Positions 25,112-37,470 of a stretch of DNA of 64,000 bases are shown piece after piece (within the stretch, counting starts at the first letter, position 1; each line of letters opens with the position of its first letter). This DNA comes from Bugula neritina (taxonomy: Eukaryota > Animalia > Bryozoa): NCBI GenBank assembly GCA_964035545.1, contig OZ037770.1, positions 12,080,642 through 12,144,641 on the forward strand. Reading direction: 5' to 3'. Below the pieces are notes generated by a model. It had not been told where the DNA came from. It did not search any database and worked only from the letters and a program-made list of their open reading frames with translations. A program made the position numbers and the translations under genes.

Positions 25112-28100
25112 TTAGAACTTGAGATTGAATCCAGAGCTAAGGCTATTAGCTCCAAGGTGGAAACCAGCGTCATCCGCCCCCTACAACAATACAATCACTA
25201 AACTGAGGCTAACTCAATATATATTTTATAACAGGATATCAGTTTATATAACTTTGAGTTTATTTGATATGCAGCAACATTATCAGACTTGTGCAAACAT
25301 GTCACTCATCCGCCCCCTACAACAATACAATCACTAAACTGAGGCTAACTCAATATATATTTTATAACAGGATATCAGTTTATATAACTTTGAGTTTATT
25401 TGATATGCAGTAACATTATCAGACTTGTGCAAACATGTCACTCATTCTTCCCGCTAATGACAATACAATGAATCAAATTTACTGTAAAGAAAGAATTGTA
25501 ACAAACAGCCTGATCAATTTGGCCAGTATTCAAGTACAAAATTGTGTTTTTCATTTATTGCACCAAACTAGCATGCAATGGCAACTTTTACTTTTATATT
25601 ACTGTATATTATTATTAAATTCGAGACTTTAGATATAATTTGAACAGCATTTACTTTTATATTACTGTATTACTGTATCACTGTATATTATATAGTAATA
25701 TATTATATTATATTCGAGACTTTAAGTATGATTTGAATAGCATGAACAGAATCTAACCAACAACTTGTAGGCCTGCCCTCCACTCGGTGGTTTTGGAGTT
25801 TTCTCCTTCTTTCCCCGGGGTTGCTCACTCCTAGCCGGCCATGTTGGAAAGAGCGACGGGTCAACAGGAAGTGGGTGGATGTCAAAGTATTCGTGAGATT
25901 TTGCATCTTCTGCAGAAACTCTTTTCTTGGGGTCAAAGGTCAGGAATCTGTATTTGTATTATAAATCTAGTGAAACGTCTTCTATATAGTCGTTAATTTT
26001 ATTTATTCGCACCATGAAAATGTATACATTATTATTGTGTCACTAACTCTGAGTTGATGTTTTATGATGAATTGTACTTATGGTGTTTATTATAATTTCA
26101 AAGTGTTGATGTTTTTGGAAGAATTGAAAAACCTGCATGAACTAAGGGAAGCAAATAGAAATGACGTTGCAAGCACACCAGATCCACCCCTTCTGTCTGC
26201 TCCACCCCCACCCCCCCCCCCACCTAACAGCTCCCTCCCCCTTTGTGTCCTTTCTGTCTACACCTGGTCAGCGCAATGGCTGCCAATGTCGGACAGTACT
26301 TACAAGTTTTCTCAAATCTATTAAAGACTGAGAACTTACTTATTTAGCAGTTCATAGCCCGGGTCATCTAGCAGCCCCGAGGCAAATCTGTTCTTTAACG
26401 TATTGTAAGGATACTCGGCAAAATTGCACTTCTTCATGGCTGGCAACTCACTAACGCCGGGCCATATCTTCTCTGTAGGTGTACCCATATCCTGTGAAAG
26501 AAAATATCCTGGTTGCTAACTAACCGATGTAACAATAACTGTCCAAATGCAATGACAAACCTTGGCTTCTACGAGGAAAATATTTATTACTTTCCCCATC
26601 TGTATTACGTAACATGAAACAAGAATATTATTTGGCGTGTGCTGCGAGTTTAAAATTAAGTATTTTTTGAAAATTAAACATTGTTGCTAAAATCAAAAAC
26701 TAATCTCAAATAAATCCATAATTTTTTCTTGCCAAATGCAACAAAAAAACACTTTTTTTATTGCATTTGGAGATTTGCCAATCTTTCCAACTACTCCAAT
26801 GGTATTTTTTACAGAGTTAGTAAATTACCGAGAGAGCTTCAAGTTATGCTGAATGCCATAAAATAAAATGAGAAAATGCCAAAAGATTAATCAAACATAA
26901 GTTAGAAAATGACAACTAAAGTCCCTCTTATAGTTATATTAATATATCAATTACTAATGTATTTATTATAACAATTCATCAAAACATTGATATTATTATA
27001 TTTATATTAATCACGATGTATTTATCAACCTTGAATATCTTGTTCAACTCATCAATCTCGTTCTTCCCGGGCCACAGAGCCTTCATCAGTAACATCTCAG
27101 CAAATATACAGCCCACTGACCACACGTCTATGGCTGTACTGTACTGCTTACAGCCTAGCAACAGCTCCGGGGCACGGTACCACAGCGTCACAACAACCGG
27201 TGTGTATGGCTTTAGAGGGGATCCGTACTCTCGGGCTAAGCCGAAGTCACCAACCTACAGCAAGGCAGTCTAGGCATATAAAACTGAGGCCATTAATTGT
27301 AATGCTTACCATACAAAAATATTAATTACAGAGCTCCCTCTGTATCTCACTAAGCTATACAGTGCTCCCTCTATATCTCACTGAGCTAAACAGTGCTCCC
27401 TCCATATCTCACTGAGCTATACAGTGCTCCCTCCGTATCTCACTAAACTATACAGTGCTCCCTCCATATCTCACTGAGCTAAACAGTGCTCCCTCCATAT
27501 CTCACTGAGCTAAACAGTGCTCCCTCCGTATCTCACTAAGCTATACAGTGCTCCCTCCATATCTCACTGAGCTAAACAGTGCTCCCTCCATATCTCACTA
27601 AGCTATACAGGACTCCCTCCATATCTCACTGAGCTAAACAGTGCTCCCTCCATATCTCACTAAGCTAAACAGTGCTCCCTCCATATCTCACTAAGCTATA
27701 CAGGACTCCCTCCATATCTCACTAAGCGGCGAGTCCCAAAACATTTATTCCTGACATAGCAAAATGCCAGATTTAGCTCAAGGGTTCGCCGAATTCAGCC
27801 ATTTTGCCTCTATAAACACATATATAAGCCACAAAACAAGGGTTCAAGCCCTTCTCGTGACCTAAGGATCTTCGTGAAAAATGGAAAAATGAGATAGGGA
27901 GGGAACATTGATTTAGCCTTCCTTCTAAAATCCATCAACATTACACTGAAACATGTAAATATATATTGAGTTCTACAGATAGTTTATAAACCAGTATAAT
28001 GATATGCCATCATCACACAGTTCTCAACACTATAGTATATTTAGTTTAGTTTGAGCTACTATACTGTCTGTATTAGTACGAGAAATCACGAAATCACACT

Positions 28101-31100
28101 TTTCTGTACACAGTCTGAATGTAACAATACATTACACAGTAATATAATGTCAGCCATTCTCCCTCTTACAAACACTTGAGTGATATATTCTTAATAATAT
28201 TTGACATCAGATAGTACCAAAACACCTTAGGTGTGCTACAACAAACTAGAAAACCCAGAGCCTAGTTTAGAGAGCTATTGGACGCTATGATGACCTGCTC
28301 ACTATTGTCAAAACACATGATATGAACATGTCACAAGATCACATGACCTAGCAAAGACCACCATGCAAGACAAGATAGTGTACTTAGAGACAAATAAGGC
28401 AGAAGAAACACTGGGAAGATAACATGCAGAATGAACCAAGTTGTCCCTCAGTACCACATTGGGAAGGGCGAAAGGCTGAGAGTCGTTGAGGGGGATCATC
28501 AGGTAGTGTGAGGTGCCCCTAGACCCTCTCTTTGACTTGATGACTTAAGATCAAAGGCTAATAGCCTAAAAACTACACCAAACCGAAGACTATGAGACAC
28601 TGCATCGTGCAGGTGACTAAGCTAACAGGTGACTAAGCTAGCAGGTAACTAAGCTAGCAGGTAACTAAGCCAACAGGTGACTGAGCTAACAGGTGACTAA
28701 GCTAGCAGGTGACTGAGCTAACAGGTAACTAAGCTAGCAGGTGACTGAGCTAACAGGTGACTAAGCTAACAGGTAACTAAGCTAACAGGTAACTAAGCTA
28801 ACAGGTGACTAAGCTAACAGATGACTAAGCTAACAGGTGACCAAGCTAACCTTGAGTATTCCCTTGTGACTGAGAAGCAGGTTGCTGGTCTTAAGGTCTC
28901 TATGGAGGATCCAGTTGTCGTGCATGTGAGCCACTGCCTTGAGTAGTTGAAGTAGCAGTGTCTTCACTTCTCCTGTGTAATACGGAGGTGATACAGTATT
29001 ATACATGAGTATTCTAGGTGATATAACATATCATAGAAGACAATATACACAAGTTACATGGTATCATACATAATTATATATTGAAAATATGTTTATGTGA
29101 ACTAAAAGTTTTATCGTACAATGTTGTGAAATGAACATATTGACTAGGAACAGATTTAATGAAAATACTATATAAATTATTTGCAATAAATTCACAAAAC
29201 CAATATAATTGAAATTTTCTTTATACAACTTTATACAGTTAGACAATGCAAATGGACACTGACAAATATTGTACTATATGATTAGGAAACAGCTAAGTAT
29301 TAACTAAATATAACCAACCAAGCACTTTTACAGAGCATAGTGTATTTACAACAATGTTCCACTGTATATAGAGATCAATGCAATGTTGATAAGGTACAAG
29401 GTGTATACACACTAGAGCCGTGCAGTGTAAAGCTACTCCAAACTCAACTACACGGCACAGATGAAATGCAGTAACTACTAACTATGCAGTACAAAGCAGT
29501 GAGGCCAGTGTATACATTATACACCACCACACAGTATACAATAGTTTAGATATATAATAGTGAAGTTGGAGTTGTCTAATCTATAAGATGGAATACAATA
29601 TTGAATATAAAATATCAATTAAGAATTGTCTTCTTTTTAACATTAATATGTTTTATAGGTTATCCAAGCAAATATAAACATTATTGAATATTTTAAATAC
29701 AGAATACTATAATTTAGAGTTGTCGTGCTTTTACCGTCGCTATTTATAAGTCTCCCAGGCAAAAATAAGTGTCTATTGGTATATATTAAATGAATAAAAT
29801 AAATGTATTACACAAGTAGTAAGAATGGTACAGCTTAATGTACAGCATAACTGAATACTTACCGATAGCAAAGGGTGTTTTCATAGACTCCATCAAAGCT
29901 TTAAGGTCATGCTCCACAAAGTCCATAACCAGATATATCTTATCCATGTTACTTCCCACCACTATTTCCTGTTACATATACACATCACCATGGTAACAAC
30001 GACAATAAACCTTAAACAGCTGATAAAAAGTATAAACAATGCTTCTATCCATTAACGGATTGGTGTTTACTTCTTCATTGCCACAGAAATCATGAAAAAC
30101 TATTGTTGATTATGAATTTGAAAAAAATTAAAAATGGTAATAGTGAAGATATTGATTATTAATTAAAACTATCATATTAGTACATAAGTCAGTTGGAAAC
30201 TTAAAGCTAGTTTCAGGCCAAGTAGATTTTTCTGGCTTTTAAAATCTTGAATTTAATAATCAAATGCCAATTGCAGAGTTAGCACAACTGACAGTCACTC
30301 TAACTGTCACTATATCACTGACAGTCTAACTACTCAGTAACTCACTCTAACTGTCACTATATTCTCGTGTTGTGTTTTGAGTAGAGTATTAATTTCTCTG
30401 AGAGAGGTGATGGGAAATCCTTCTTTCTCCTTCTCCATCTTGAGACGCTTCAACGCCACAATCTCTTCTACAATAAACATACAAATGAGTTAATATTATA
30501 TACAATAAACATACAAGTGTGCTAATATTATATACAATAAACATACAAGTGTGCTAATATTATATACAATATCATACAAGTATACTAATATTATATACAA
30601 TAAATATACAAGTATGTTAATATTATATACAAAATCATACAAGTGTGCTAATATTATGTAAAATGTCATACAAGTGAGAAACACAAAAGGCTAGGAATAG
30701 CCTAAGTTCTTACTCTGTTTGAGATCCTCGGCACGGAACACCACACCGTACGTCCCCTCCTCTATCCTATTCAGATGCCGGAAGTCGTCTACACTCCTGC
30801 AGCCCTGCAGAGCCGGGTAGTAGGGAGGGAGTCGAGGGGGTGGAGTGGGCGGGTCCGACATCTCAGGGGTCATGGCCATTTCCACCTCGCTGTTGGAGTC
30901 GCCCTCCCCATTAGCTGCCTCTGCAGGAGCCGCTTCTTCAGCTGACTCTTCGGCCTCACTTTCTGACTCAAACTACAAGTATTCCAAGGAGTTAAACTCA
31001 GTAATGACCTCAGAATATTGTGAGAAATATCAAATGCTTCTAGTGCAACCTAAATCCGTGGCAAAATAACGGCCTATATTGTATTGCGTAAAACTTTTTA

Positions 31101-34056
31101 TTAAATTGATCGACTTATATTTCGAATGTAGAAGAGCTAAAGTTAATTTGACAAATCTTATCAACAGGGAGATGATTCATCAGATATAGTTTCACTCATA
31201 TATCAATTTTAATTTTGTTATAATCTTATTAAACGCCACAGACAGGAATTGTCTACTTATTGATGAGTGACCAAATTATCTTCAAACTTAAAAGTAAAAC
31301 TTTACTTTGAATATTGCTAACACTATATTTGTTTAGATAAGATCACAATAGCCAATCACAGCACAGCTAACATTGAAACAAGTCTTCACCTTTGATTTGT
31401 GACTTCGACGATCTTTCGAACGACTTTTGTGACTCGACTTCCTGCGCTTCTTGGAGCGACGCGACTCCTGATCTGATTGGCCAGATGATTCGGCCGACTT
31501 CTCCGCCTCTTCCTGCTCCACTTCCTGTTCGGACTCCTCTTCCTCTTCGCTTTCCTCGGCACTTCCGGATTCTTCCGACTCCTGCAAGCAGAGACAGTAT
31601 TACATCACCACATCTCCTCCATACAACTAGTATTACATCACCACATCTTCTTCATACAACTAGTATTACATCACCACATCTCCTCCATACAACTAGTATT
31701 ACATCACCACACCTCCTCCACACAACTAGTATTACATCACCACACCTCCTCCACACAACTAGTATTACATCACCACACCTCCTCCATACAACTAGTATTA
31801 CATCACCACACCTCCTCCACACAACTAGTATTACATGACCACATCTCCTTCATACAACTAGTATTACATCACCACACCTCCTCCACACAACTAGTATTAC
31901 ATGACCACATCTCCTTCATACAACTAGTATTACATCACCACACCTCCTCCACACAACTAGTATTACATGACCAGATCTTGTCTTACCGGAAGCTGAATCA
32001 TCAAATTATTAACAAACAATTTCTGGTTTTGGCCCGAAGTTAACATTTACATTAAACAAATATTATAATTATCAAGCATGCGACACAGCATTGTGCTGTT
32101 GATTATGCTGACACTAACATTGCTGACTTTTCAGCCATCTAAAGATGTCACTATGTAAACACAGAACTGTCTTTCCTCATATAAGTGCGCTGCTTAATGC
32201 TCACTGACTGCATACGAATCATACAGTTAACTAGACAGACACATACACAGACACACACAGACAGACACACAGGCAGACAGACACACACACAGACATTACC
32301 TCAACTTCCTCTCCCGAAGAGGATTCACCCCCTTCCTCCACCTCGGCCTCAGATCCACTCTCTTCAGCCTCAGATCCACTCTCCTCCACTTCCTCTCCCG
32401 ACCCACTTTCCTCCTCCTCGGACGGGGATTCTGGTCCCTCTTCACCCCCACTCAGCTCTATGACATCCACCCTCTTACTCCCCGTGTCTCTCTTAGTCTC
32501 TGCTGACTTCTTAGAACCTGCCATGATATACATATCAGTCATGTTAATGTAGTGTGAACGTACATACTCACTCACTCACTCACTCACTCACTCACTCACT
32601 CACTCACTCATTCAAGTTTATAGTCCCCATCCTTGTGAGAAAGCCCTGTTGGAAAGGTTTTTTGTTAAATTGGGCTAAGGATTTATTCCCATGAGGCACA
32701 AGAGCAATTATGACTAGATGTTCTTCCTAACGTCTTGTGAAAATACTGCTACAGTTAGATGCAGTAACAGTTGTGTTGATGCGTGGATATAGCGATACAG
32801 TTTTTATTTCGCATAGTGAGACAAAGCAAACAGCTGTGCGAGTGCAACAAGAAAATAAAGCCAATAACAATTTGCTAACTTCTTTACAAAAGAATAAAAC
32901 TGATTTGATATTTCACATCGACAGCCAGACATACTTTCCATGAAACCAAAAACTGATTATAACAAGAAAGTGAAGCTAATAAGAATTTGCTGATTTCTTT
33001 ACAAAAGAATACCGATTAAAACTGAGTTGATAGTTCACAGTAACAGTCAGTCATAACTTATAAAGAAAAACTGAGAAAAATGTTGATACGGCTTGAATTT
33101 TGAGGAAAAACATTCACACTAACCTGATTTGACAGGGGCATCAGAACGAGGCTGAACTAACGAATCAGAAGCCTTGTTAGAACCTTTGGATCTATTCAGG
33201 GGACTTCTACTTCTATGTCGAGATAAACTGTCATGTCTACTTTCGTCCCGACCTCTGCCACTCGCTTCTAAACAGTATATTCAGATTCTAAATATAGCAC
33301 ATTTCTCTCAACAGCTTAGTGTATTAATTATACATATATTCAGAGAAACTTAAGCTCTACATAAACCAATGCAGTACTAATCGGAATATAAAGCAACCTG
33401 AATAATAAATAGAACACAACTCCTTATAGAGAACAAATGAGCAGGTTCTCTACTAACTAGCATTTTCTTTGTATATACAAGTTGAAGTTAGCAGACGACT
33501 AGGAACTGTTTTACAAGTAATGCAAGTTTTTTAAACCTCAGTAACACTTTTTCAACACTTATGGCAAAACAATTCTGTAAAACTTCAATCAAAATATTGC
33601 GACTGGGCATATGTACCAATCACACCCTACCAACTGCCACATTACAGCATACATTGTCTACTTTATTATAAAGGTGTGAGATACGCCATCAATCTTACCA
33701 TCTGCCCCATGTCTCCTTGAATCTTTCTCAGCAGGAGAATCGCGTCTACAAGTGTACATTATAGAGATATGACGCGAAGTTATATACTCTATAGAGAATG
33801 TCTGATGTACAACCACATAGCAGTGGAGTCTAATTTCCCACACACACACAGAGATAGCTGGTGTCACTGCCATAAACCTGCAAGCACTTGCAAGCACTTG
33901 TTAATAAAACTTGATGGATATTAGAGTTACAAGAACTTATAGCCATTAAATTTGGAGCCTTGACAAAATGGGTTTGAATAGAGTAGGCAACTCCCTAGGT
34001 ATAATTATCTATTCACTCATACTTATACTAACAGATATCATTGCTGTAAATCTGTT

Positions 34057-34108
<52 letters not shown>

Positions 34109-37100
34109 CAAACGAATTAAACCAACATAGAAACTGTAAGCAGAACTGGAGAGACAAGGGAGACAACTCCTCACACCAACCTCTCCTCCTTGTCCAGATT
34201 CCTCTTTTGAGACCTCATCAGAGTTTCTCGGAGGTCGGCCTTAGATCCAGAGAAATAGTAGTCCGACCTGCTGGGCATCCTGTCTGTCTGTTTGTCCGCT
34301 CTGGAGTAGCCGCCAGTGTCACGGCCAGCTTGTCGATATCTACAAGTACAACGTGAGATGGGCTACAGCAAAGTAATCTACACTACAGTCGGGGCACCAG
34401 GTCATGCCTACTAATAATAGTACTACTAGTACTACTACTAGTAGTACTATTGCTAGTGTTATTGCTAGTACTTCTAGTAATAGCAGTAACACTAGCAGCA
34501 ACACTAGCAGTAGCAGTTGCAGTAGTAGTAGCAGTATAGCAGAAGTATATACAGTGGTGGTAGTAGTAGTAGTAGCAGTATATATGTATATACAGGAAAT
34601 ATATAATTCACTATAACATCATTAAGTAATTCACTGGACCAATCAACAGCTCACAGATGGATACCAAAAAGTATAACTGTGGAGTATAAAATTACCTGTC
34701 ATCTCGAGGCCGTTCTCTTGATACCTGCCTGTCGTCTCTACCCAGCCTATCTTCTCGATATTGAGCTCTGTCATCTCTAGCAGGTGCCCTGTCACTTCTA
34801 CCAGGAGCCCTGTCATCTCTAGCAAGTGCCCTGTCATCACGGAATGGCACGCGGTCTTCTTTAGCACGAGATCCTTTGTCTTCTTTAGTATGTCTGTCTT
34901 CTTTAGCCACCCGATCACGCTTTCGCTCTCTCTCTACCCTATCATCAGTTTTATTACTTGTTCGTTCTCGACTTGCATCTACAAGAAATCATACAACACA
35001 CCATTAATTGACAGGAACAGAAATGTTTAAGGTCAACACTGTAATTTAAACCAAAATTTGTGAACTAGTATAGAAGGTAGAACAGCAGTCAAAGTACTAA
35101 AGACACAACAAACTCAATGAAAAGGAAACAGAGGTAACCTGGGCATATGATGGTCAAGTCTACCAGGGGAGGTATTTCCACCACTGGAACTGAAAAACCA
35201 GCTAAAATATCAATAGAAATGAATGGAAATGAATCTTAATAGAAAAAATCCAACCAACTACGGTAATGTCTTTTTATAAGCAAAGGGTTTACCAAAATAT
35301 AAACCAATATACTATTACGAGCATTTTTAGTTTACACGCATCAATTGAACCCTACTTTTGTTCAATCCTTTGATTTTATAATTTATAGAGAAAGCAAAGA
35401 AATATATAATAAGCTTTCATAGATGTCACTTATACACCAGAAGCTGGAAGGAAAGGCAGTTGAAGAGTTTAAATATTATGAGCAAATTATTTTCATCCTT
35501 ACATAGTGTAAAGTAATTTCGAACTAAAGTTAATTGTACCTTTTCTGTGGTCTTTACTCCTCTTATGCTTGTGTTTGTGTGATTTCTCTTTCTTTGTGTG
35601 AGTTTGCTGTGGAGGATGGATCTGGAGACTATCATCTTCTACTGTATCCATGCGACTACCAAAATCAACTATTATTCAAGTTTCATCACTAAAACTTGTT
35701 CTGAGTATTAGTCAATCACTCAAACTCGTTCTGAGTATTAGTCAATCACTAAAACTTGTTCTGAGTATTAGTCAATCACTCAAACTCGTTCTGAGTATTA
35801 GTCAATCACTAAAACTCGTTCTGAGTATTAGTCAAATACTAACACTCACTGAGAGCAACATTTAAGGAGTGAGACTCACTAATTAATCACTGAGATGCAG
35901 CTATTGTCAGTTATTTGCCGACAGTAAACAAATATTAGTATAACTTAGTAGGCACCGCACTTATTATAAGCTTATATTCTGGGTATTAAAAACAGTAAAA
36001 CAGGAAATGATAAACTTTACCTTACACCAATCGTTATAGTTGCAGCATGTATAAGATAACAATAGCTATAATATTGTCTGTGATTCATATTACTATGATC
36101 ATCAAATGTAAATAATAACTTGCTATTAGTACATCATAAAAGATTTCTTACAATGGCAAGTGCAAGAACTAGATAGGGGCTATTCCGTGTCAACTCAACA
36201 AATGGCCCACACCCCTGCGTCTCAGATTTTGTTCATATTTACACCAAATGTACCTACGCATGTCCTGACTACTATTTTTGAATATTTCTGGCCTGACAAA
36301 AAAACTTTTTGAGAAATAATTACTTTTGTGAACAAAAGTAAATATGAACAAAATTTGAGATGCAAGGGTGTGGGACTTTCTGAAATTTGGTTGATTTGAC
36401 ACAGAATCACCCATATGCAGAATTCAAGAATATTATGTTTTAACATATATGCCAGCAATAATTATAAACTAAAAATAAAATAAACGTATATATTTTTATT
36501 TTCATTTTAAATTTATATAAATATTATTATATGCAATAGTCATATAAATATGAATAAAATGATCACACAGTTTCACGAACAATAGCCTATGATTATGATT
36601 ATCAACATTTCAAGTTTAAAACTGGCTTTCACTACTACTCTTAGTCACTATATTTACGTCTACTATCACTATGATTTAATGATCAAATCCAATAATTCTA
36701 TTAGACTTAGTATTTGGGGGTAAATTGTAATCCAAATTAATAACAATTACAAAGTGAATATAAGCCAAGGCTATTACTATTAGACTTAGTATTACTCGTT
36801 TACTGTTACAGCAAGTAAAGCAAAGCACTAACAGCAACACTAACACTACAAGCAGCATTAGCTGTAAGTCAATTACTCGAAGTTAAAGTGAAAGCCAAAA
36901 TGAAAATGTGAGCGACATGGACACGTTCCAGTACTGAGTACTCGATCTCGTAGACTTAGAGTTACTGTTAGTGGTGCTGAGTGTGACTTAGTCACAAATT
37001 TGTACATTAATACTAATAGTCATGCTCTAAGTAACTTACTACCGACCCTAGACTACTTTGAGTGACTTTTTCACCATTTAATTTTAATACTTACAGAAGT

Positions 37101-37177
37101 TCGTGTGGTGGTTCAGCTTGGTCAGAAGTGTGTGGACTAGGAGGAAGTTCACCAGCTTCGGTGGGACTTTTTGACAT
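25112..37177 (-). CDS. CDK11: Cyclin-dependent kinase 11 (PITSLRE), about 828 aa, 16 coding exons
   Basis: Phase-consistent exons: 37177-37095, 35655-35540, 34978-34696, 34339-34181, 33745-33699, 33267-33124, 32517-32300, 31581-31390, 30972-30714, 30467-30346, 29968-29863, 28972-28851, 27254-27030, 26491-26340, 25947-25758, 25180-25112. Motifs: [14 protein letters not shown] repeats, poly-Glu, [59 protein letters not shown]-terminal GFNLKF. The start exon is the least certain part. Confidence 0.95.
25170..25445. repeat. 136-bp tandem duplication spanning the CDK11 last splice acceptor
   Basis: Units 25170-25305 and 25306-25441 are near-identical, with TCAT at all three junctions. Confidence 0.95.
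27328..27726. repeat. 31-bp minisatellite, about 13 copies, CDK11 intron
   Basis: Unit ACAGTGCTCCCTCCATATCTCACTRAGCTAW. Confidence 0.95.
28230..28556 (+). mobile_element. RTE-clade LINE 3' fragment, degenerate
   Basis: Broken frames read [26 protein letters not shown] and [10 protein letters not shown], typical of the C-terminus of RTE ORFs. Confidence 0.75.
28610..28850. repeat. 16-bp minisatellite, about 15 copies, starting at a CDK11 splice donor
   Basis: Unit CAGGTRACTRAGCTAR; abuts the exon end at 28851. Confidence 0.95.
30470..30676. repeat. 32-bp minisatellite, about 6 copies, filling most of a CDK11 intron
   Basis: Unit TACAATAAACATACAAGTGTGCTAATATTATA. Confidence 0.9.
31596..31972. 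repeat. 33-bp minisatellite, about 11 copies, CDK11 intron
   Basis: Unit AGTATTACATCACCACAYCTCCTCCAYACAACT. Confidence 0.95.
32566..32735 (-). mobile_element. 5'-truncated SINE with (TGAG)n tail
   Basis: Body matches 47530-47650 (+) and 54130-54240 (-); (CACT)n at 32566-32610 on the plus strand forms the 3' tail. Confidence 0.7.
34058..34107. repeat. (TA)n microsatellite
   Basis: Directly visible. Confidence 0.95.
34410..34580. repeat. Compound (TAC/TAG/CAG)n low-complexity tract
   Basis: Directly visible in a CDK11 intron. Confidence 0.85.
35685..35836. repeat. 30-bp minisatellite, about 5 copies, CDK11 intron
   Basis: Unit TCACTMAAACTYGTTCTGAGTATTAGTCAA. Confidence 0.95.
36177..36412. 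mobile_element. MITE with long imperfect TIRs
   Basis: Left GGGCTATTCCGTGTCAACTCAAC..CCCACACCCCTGCGTCTCAGATTTTGTTCATATTTAC mirrors right GTAAATATGAACAAAATTTGAGATGCAAGGGTGTGGG..TTGACACAGAATCACCC; flanks ATAG/ATAT may be a 4-bp target site duplication (TSD). Confidence 0.8.
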
Positions 37178-37322
37178 ATCACTAAAGTAAGCTATCCCAC
37201 AGTAAGAGTAAAAAATAAACTAACACTACAACGACTGACTTCAACTTTAAAGCTAAATAGATTATGATTGAATAGTTATACACTTATAGTCACTCTCAGT
37301 TAATATTTAAAATAAGACTCAC

Positions 37323-37470
37323 GGACAGTCTCTGTAACGTAAATAATAAGTCTCTTTGTAAAAAGCCCTTGACCGTAGACATTTAGTAAAAGAATCCTAC
37401 TCACATCAGAAATATATTGGGGGACCCCCCTAATCATGTATTGCACCTTCGCGGTACTATATTGGTTTTT
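37323..37470 (-). promoter_or_regulatory. Probable CDK11 5' UTR exon(s) and promoter
   Basis: GTGAGT donors at 37318-37322 and about 37399-37403; CCAAT on the minus strand near 37461; an acceptor just before the presumed ATG (37182-37184) requires an upstream exon. Confidence 0.35.

Noticed and set aside
27328-28850. Regular repeats superficially like CRISPR arrays
   Set aside because: Head-to-tail units without unique spacers, in introns of a eukaryotic gene, with no cas genes.
30714-30885. Internal methionines as a CDK11 p58-like IRES start
   Set aside because: An IRES cannot be recognised from sequence and the Met position differs from the vertebrate one as I recall it.
31392-31838. 148-aa plus-strand ORF with [11 protein letters not shown] repeats
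   Set aside because: Antisense of a CDK11 exon running into a 33-bp intronic minisatellite.
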